Source: an uncultured Clostridia bacterium (GTDB lineage Bacteria > Bacillota > Clostridia > Oscillospirales > JAAYOS01). Taken from it: DNA of 64,000 bases. Below are positions 59,302 through 64,000 of this stretch, in pieces. The notes below the pieces were generated by a model. The model searched no databases and had not been told where the DNA came from. It saw nothing but the letters and a program-made list of their open reading frames with translations. Position numbers and translations under genes: made by a program. The stretch lies in contig CANRJS010000002.1 in NCBI GenBank assembly GCA_947631015.1, positions 1,726-65,725 of the forward strand. The letters run 5' to 3'. How positions within the stretch are numbered: position 1 is the stretch's first letter; each line of letters opens with the position of its first letter.

Positions 59302-62064
59302 ATGAAAATCTGGAACGATATTAAGATGGATGCGCGTCCGCGCGTCCGCTACTGGGTACCCGCCGCCGCCATGGACGAGGGCGACCTGCGTGCCGACCTG
59401 CGCCGCCTGCGGGACAGAGGCTTCGGCGGCGTCGAGGTCGTCGTGCTTCAGCTCGTCCCGCCCGAGGTCCTGAGAAGCGAGCGCGGCTGGGGCACCGGAG
59501 AGTGGGACAGGATAAGCGGGATACTGAACGACGAGACGAAGAAGCTCGGCATGTCGCTCGATTTCGCGATAGGCCCCGGCTGGCCGATGGGCTCCCCCGC
59601 CGTTCGCGACGCGGACGACCCCGCCGCGCTCTATGAGCTCACATGGGGTGTGCTCGAGGTGTCCGGCTCCTACAACGGGCCGCTGCCCGAGCGCCGAAAG
59701 ACGCACGACGAGGGCACGCCGCACCTCCTGCACGTCCTCGCGTACCGCGAGACGGGCGTGAAAACGCTCTACTCCTCGAGCTATATCGACCTGCGCCCGT
59801 ATGTCTCGGACGGCGTCCTCCGATACGACTTTCCGGAGGGACGCTGGCTCATCTTTGCCTTCTGGGAGCAGCCCGCCGTCCAGAAGATAAACGCCGGCAT
59901 GACCTACACAATAGACCATCTCAGCCGCGCCGGGGTCGAGGCGGTGGAGGCGTACTGGGAGAAGGCCCTCGCGGAAAATGACCTCGGACACGTGGAATCG
60001 CTCTTCTGCGACTCTCTCGAGTACGAGGTGGCGCTTGACTGGACGCCGGATATGCTCCGCGAGTTCGAGACGCGGCGCGGCTACTCGCTGCTGCCCTATC
60101 TGCCGCTTCTCGGCATGCGGAACAGTTTTCCCGCCTGCGACCCGCCGCTCTGCGACTTTGAGGACGTGGATCGGAGCGAGCGTATCCGCAGCGACTACCG
60201 CGAGGTTCTGACCGAGCTCTACTGCGAGTATCACCTTGCGGAGCTCGAGCGCTTCGCGGAGCGGCACGGCAAGACGATACGATACCAGGTCGCCTACAAC
60301 AAGCAGTTCGAGCCGGAGCGCTGCGGGCTGTACGTCGCGATCCCGGAAAACGAGGCGCTCGGACGTGCCGCCGTGGACTGTCAGAAGATAATGGCGGCCG
60401 CCGCGCACCTCGGGCGAAAGGCGCGTTACTCCTTCGAGTGCGCGGCGGAGTTCGGCTACACCTACTCGCAGGAACACGACGACCTCTTCTGGTGGATAAA
60501 GCGCAGCCTGATGGCCGGCATGAACGCACAGGTGCTGCACGGCGCCTCCTACTCCGGCGCGACCGACATTCCCGGCGTCGAGTGGCCGGGATATGAGGGT
60601 TTCTCCAGATTCGTCTCCAACGAGTGGGGGCGCACCCTCGACGGCGCTCACACCCGCGGCGTTCTCGACGCGGCGGCGCGTCTCAACACCGTGTTCCGCC
60701 TCCCCGCCCGCGTGGACATAGCCGTCTATCACGGCGAATACTCCTGCGACGGGAAAGGCGACGAGTACTATATCTACCCCGACGGCGGGCTTCTCTCCCG
60801 CCTCGGTTACAGCTACGAGTTCCTTTCTGAAAAGCTGCTCTCGCTCGACGTCTGCACCGTCCGGGACGGGCGTCTCGACCCGGACGGCGTCCGCTACCGC
60901 GCGCTCGTCCTGCCGGAGCAGAGGTACGCGAGCCGCGAGCTGCTGCAAAACGCCATACGCCTCGCGGAGAGCGGGCTTCCCGTTCTGTTCGTCGGGGGAA
61001 AACCGTCCTGCGCGCGCTGCGAGTGTGAGTTCGACACCGAAGAGAAGCGCCGCGAATGGGCATCGCTTCTCGAGCGGGCGTGGGCGCTCGGCGCGCACAC
61101 GGCGACGCTTGAAGGCGTCCCGGAGGCCCTTGCCGCGCTCGGCGTCGTTCCCTCGGTCTCGCTTGAAAGCGGCATCGACATCATGACCGCCACACATGAC
61201 GGCGGCGACGTCAGATACTGCGCTCTCTACGCGAATAACCGCGTCCTTCAGGCACAGCCCGGCGAGGTCGCGGACGAGATACTCGCAAGCGCGGACTACA
61301 AAAAGGGTACCGTCAAGCGGGCGTACTCCCGCCCCGGCGAGAAGAGCCGTAGAAAAATCTCCGTCTCGCTCGAGGGCGAGGGGCGCGTGCTCCTCATGGA
61401 CCCGTGGAGCGGACGTTCGCGCGACGCGGGGTTTGTCCCCGACGGCGCGGGACGGATGCAGGGCACGGTCTCAATCGAGGAGGACGAGCTTCTCCTGCTC
61501 GCGCTCGACCGCTCCGAGCAAGCTCACGCCGTCCCGGAGCAGGAGGACATCTCCGACGCGCCGCTCCTCCCGGTCGACTTTGAGAACGTCACTCTCTACG
61601 CCTTCGAGCCGAACGAGCCGGGCGAAAAGAGCTTCCTCCGAAGCGGCTTCGGATCCGAGGGCAGGATCTTCACGCTCACGGAGCCCCTGCCTTGGTGCGA
61701 GCTCAGCCCGGAGCTTGCGAAGTTCTCCGGGCGCGGCGTCTACCGCGCGGGCTTCACCGTTCTGGACGGCGGAGAAAATGCCCGCGCCGTGCTCGAGCTC
61801 GGGAACGTGTCCGACACCTTCACCGTCCGGATAAACGGCGTCGAGACCCCGTTCCCCGACCAGGTGCTGAAGCGCGCCGACCTCACGGGGCTCCTCCGCC
61901 GCGGAAGAAACGAGCTCGAGATAGAGGTCGTTTCGACACTCTACAACGCACTCTACGAGCCGGGCATGTCTCTCGGCGGCGTGCTGCCCCTCCCCTACGA
62001 GACGCGCCGCTACGGTATATGGGCGTCCGACGGGAAGGAAACGGGCGTGAGGCTCGCAAAGTGA
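59302..62064 (+). CDS. GH106-like glycoside hydrolase (alpha-L-rhamnosidase-like)
   Basis: RPRVRYW, GFGGVE, GPGWP, FCDSLE; C-terminal beta-sandwich. Confidence 0.75.
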   Translation: MKIWNDIKMDARPRVRYWVPAAAMDEGDLRADLRRLRDRGFGGVEVVVLQLVPPEVLRSERGWGTGEWDRISGILNDETKKLGMSLDFAIGPGWPMGSPAVRDADDPAALYELTWGVLEVSGSYNGPLPERRKTHDEGTPHLLHVLAYRETGVKTLYSSSYIDLRPYVSDGVLRYDFPEGRWLIFAFWEQPAVQKINAGMTYTIDHLSRAGVEAVEAYWEKALAENDLGHVESLFCDSLEYEVALDWTPDMLREFETRRGYSLLPYLPLLGMRNSFPACDPPLCDFEDVDRSERIRSDYREVLTELYCEYHLAELERFAERHGKTIRYQVAYNKQFEPERCGLYVAIPENEALGRAAVDCQKIMAAAAHLGRKARYSFECAAEFGYTYSQEHDDLFWWIKRSLMAGMNAQVLHGASYSGATDIPGVEWPGYEGFSRFVSNEWGRTLDGAHTRGVLDAAARLNTVFRLPARVDIAVYHGEYSCDGKGDEYYIYPDGGLLSRLGYSYEFLSEKLLSLDVCTVRDGRLDPDGVRYRALVLPEQRYASRELLQNAIRLAESGLPVLFVGGKPSCARCECEFDTEEKRREWASLLERAWALGAHTATLEGVPEALAALGVVPSVSLESGIDIMTATHDGGDVRYCALYANNRVLQAQPGEVADEILASADYKKGTVKRAYSRPGEKSRRKISVSLEGEGRVLLMDPWSGRSRDAGFVPDGAGRMQGTVSIEEDELLLLALDRSEQAHAVPEQEDISDAPLLPVDFENVTLYAFEPNEPGEKSFLRSGFGSEGRIFTLTEPLPWCELSPELAKFSGRGVYRAGFTVLDGGENARAVLELGNVSDTFTVRINGVETPFPDQVLKRADLTGLLRRGRNELEIEVVSTLYNALYEPGMSLGGVLPLPYETRRYGIWASDGKETGVRLAK

Positions 62065-62196
62065 GCGCAGTCCGTTCATTTCCCCGGGGTTTTCGGCGGT
62101 TCCTCTTGCGTCCGCCGGATATATTTGGTACAATAGTGTCAGCATACGGGACGGGCGGCGCGTCCGCAGTCCCCCAAAACAGGGAGAGGTGAAAGC

Positions 62197-64000
62197 ATGA
62201 AAGCCGAACACAGGATACTGTTTGAGGAAACAAGTGTCGGAAAAATGACGATGAAGAACCGCTTCGCTATGGCTCCGATGGGTCCGCTCGGGCTCGGGGA
62301 CGCGGACGGCGGCTTCAACCAGCGCGGCATCGACTACTACACCGAGCGCGCGAAGGGCGGCACCGGGCTCATCATCACCGGCGTGACGTTTGTCGACAAC
62401 GTCGTCGAGGAGCACGGTATGCCGAACTGCCCGAGCCCCACCTACAACTCCATCCAGTTTGTCCGCACCGCACGCGAGATGACCGAGCGGATACACGCCT
62501 ACGGCTCGAAGGTCTGGCTGCAGATGTCCGCCGGATTCGGACGGGTGACGATACCCACAAACCTCGGCGAATACCCGCCGGTCGCACCGTCGCCGATAAT
62601 GCACAGGTGGCTCGACAAGGTCTGCCGCGAGCTCACAAAGGACGAGATACACACCATCGTGAAGAGCTTCGGGGACGGCGCGTTCAACGCCAAGCGCGCC
62701 GGCTTTGACGGCGTGGAGATACACGCCGTCCACGAGGGATACCTGCTCGACCAGTTCGCCATATCATTCTTCAACTACCGCACGGACGAGTACGGCGGCA
62801 GCCTCGAGAACCGTCTGCGCTTCGCGCGCGAGGTCGTAGAGGAGATAAAGCGCCGCTGCGGGGACGACTTCCCCGTCGCCCTCCGCTACAGCCCGAAGAG
62901 CTTCATCAAGGACTGGCGCAAGGGTGCCCTGCCGGGCGAGGAGTTCGAGGAGAAGGGTCGCGACCTTCCGGAGGGCGTCGAGGCGGCAAAGCTCCTCACG
63001 GAGTACGGCTACGATTGCCTCGACGTCGACGTCGGCAGCTACGACGCGTGGTGGTGGAGCCATCCCCCGATGTACCAGAAGAAGGGTCTCTACATCGAGT
63101 ACGCAAAGCTTGTGCGTGACGCCGTCTCCGTCCCGGTGATATGCGCGGGACGCATGGACGACCCGGACATGGCGGCGAAGGCTGTCGCGGACGGCGCGTG
63201 CGACATAGTGTCGCTCGGGCGTCCGCTCCTCGCCGACCCTGACTATGTGAACAAGCTCCGCGCGGGACGCGTGGAGTCGATACGTCCCTGCCTCTCCTGC
63301 CACGAGGGCTGCATGGGAAGGATACAGGAGTTCTCCGCGCTGAACTGCGCCGTCAACCCTGCGTGCTGCCGTGAGCGTGCGGCGCGCCTCGTCTCCGCGG
63401 CAAAGCCGAAGAAGGTCCTCGTCGTCGGCGGAGGCCCCGCCGGATGCGAGGCGGCGCTTGTCCTCGCCGAGCGCGGGCACACTCCGGTGCTCTGCGAGGC
63501 GGGAAGCATCCTCGGCGGCAACCTCATCCCCGGCGGCGCGCCCGACTTCAAGGAGGACGACCGCGCGCTCGCGAAGTGGTTTACGCACGAGCTCGCGGAG
63601 CGCGGCGTCGAGGTGCGGCTCAACACCCGCATGAGCGCGGAGGACATCCTTGCGGAGAAGTTTGACGCGCTCGTCCTCGCGACCGGCTCGCGTCCTAAGA
63701 CGCTCCCGCTCGAGGGCGGAAACGTCCTCACGGCAGAGGATGTGCTGCTCGGCAAGGCCGACCCGGGAAAGAAAACGGTCATCGTCGGCGGCGGACTCGT
63801 CGGTTGTGAGACCGCGCTGTGGCTGAAAAAGAAGGGCGTCGAGGTAACGATAGTCGAGGCGCTGCCGAAGCTCCTCGCGGTCAACGGGCCTCTCTGCCAC
63901 GCGAACAGCGAGATGCTCGAGGCGCTGATACCCTTCAGCGGAATAGAGACGGTCTGCGGCGCGGCGCTCTCCGGCGTCGACGCGTCGGGCGCTTCCGTCA
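62197..64000 (+). CDS. 2-enoate (cinnamate) reductase, FldZ/Enr-type OYE flavoprotein with 4Fe-4S motif; 3' partial and absent from the ORF track
   Basis: Manual translation: KNRFAMAPMG, ERAKGGTG, GFDGVEIHAVHEGYLLDQF, CLSCHEGC..CAVNP, GGGPAG, GGGLVG; RBS and TTGCGT-17-TACAAT promoter. Confidence 0.88.
   Translation, partial: MKAEHRILFEETSVGKMTMKNRFAMAPMGPLGLGDADGGFNQRGIDYYTERAKGGTGLIITGVTFVDNVVEEHGMPNCPSPTYNSIQFVRTAREMTERIHAYGSKVWLQMSAGFGRVTIPTNLGEYPPVAPSPIMHRWLDKVCRELTKDEIHTIVKSFGDGAFNAKRAGFDGVEIHAVHEGYLLDQFAISFFNYRTDEYGGSLENRLRFAREVVEEIKRRCGDDFPVALRYSPKSFIKDWRKGALPGEEFEEKGRDLPEGVEAAKLLTEYGYDCLDVDVGSYDAWWWSHPPMYQKKGLYIEYAKLVRDAVSVPVICAGRMDDPDMAAKAVADGACDIVSLGRPLLADPDYVNKLRAGRVESIRPCLSCHEGCMGRIQEFSALNCAVNPACCRERAARLVSAAKPKKVLVVGGGPAGCEAALVLAERGHTPVLCEAGSILGGNLIPGGAPDFKEDDRALAKWFTHELAERGVEVRLNTRMSAEDILAEKFDALVLATGSRPKTLPLEGGNVLTAEDVLLGKADPGKKTVIVGGGLVGCETALWLKKKGVEVTIVEALPKLLAVNGPLCHANSEMLEALIPFSGIETVCGAALSGVDASGASV

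Noticed and set aside
62764-63900. 378-aa minus-strand ORF
   Set aside because: It is antisense to the enoate reductase, which runs off the window end on the plus strand.

Overview
GC-rich chromosome segment from a spore-forming Clostridia bacterium, probably Oscillospiraceae-like (inferred from abrB/spmAB/remA, sigma-A promoters and gene order). Core genes: secA, prfB, secG, pgeF, abrB, spmAB, the yicC-remA-gmk-rpoZ-priA-def-fmt-yugP-rsmB-rlmN-stp1-pknB-rsgA cluster, cdaA-cdaR and trkAH. Metabolic genes: Rex-boxed adhE operon, adh-mtnA-BMP, a TroABCD-like metal ABC transporter, a sirtuin, and GH5, GH78, GH127, GH3 and GH106-like glycosidases. I found no tRNA, rRNA, CRISPR array, transposase or integrase. 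Strongest signals: (1) a 48.8-64 kb plant phenolic-glycoside locus combining DfgA/DfgB-like C-glycoside-cleaving subunits, an Ig-domain esterase, glycosidases and an FldZ/Enr-type 2-enoate reductase that the ORF track missed; (2) two families of non-coding dispersed repeats whose stems are compensatorily rewritten between copies while loops and linkers are kept; (3) one such copy sits inside a duplicated yicC 3' end with synonymous changes (att-like scar), and two other genes are also bracketed by direct repeats. All protein calls come from motif recognition and all alignments were done by eye; no searches were run.
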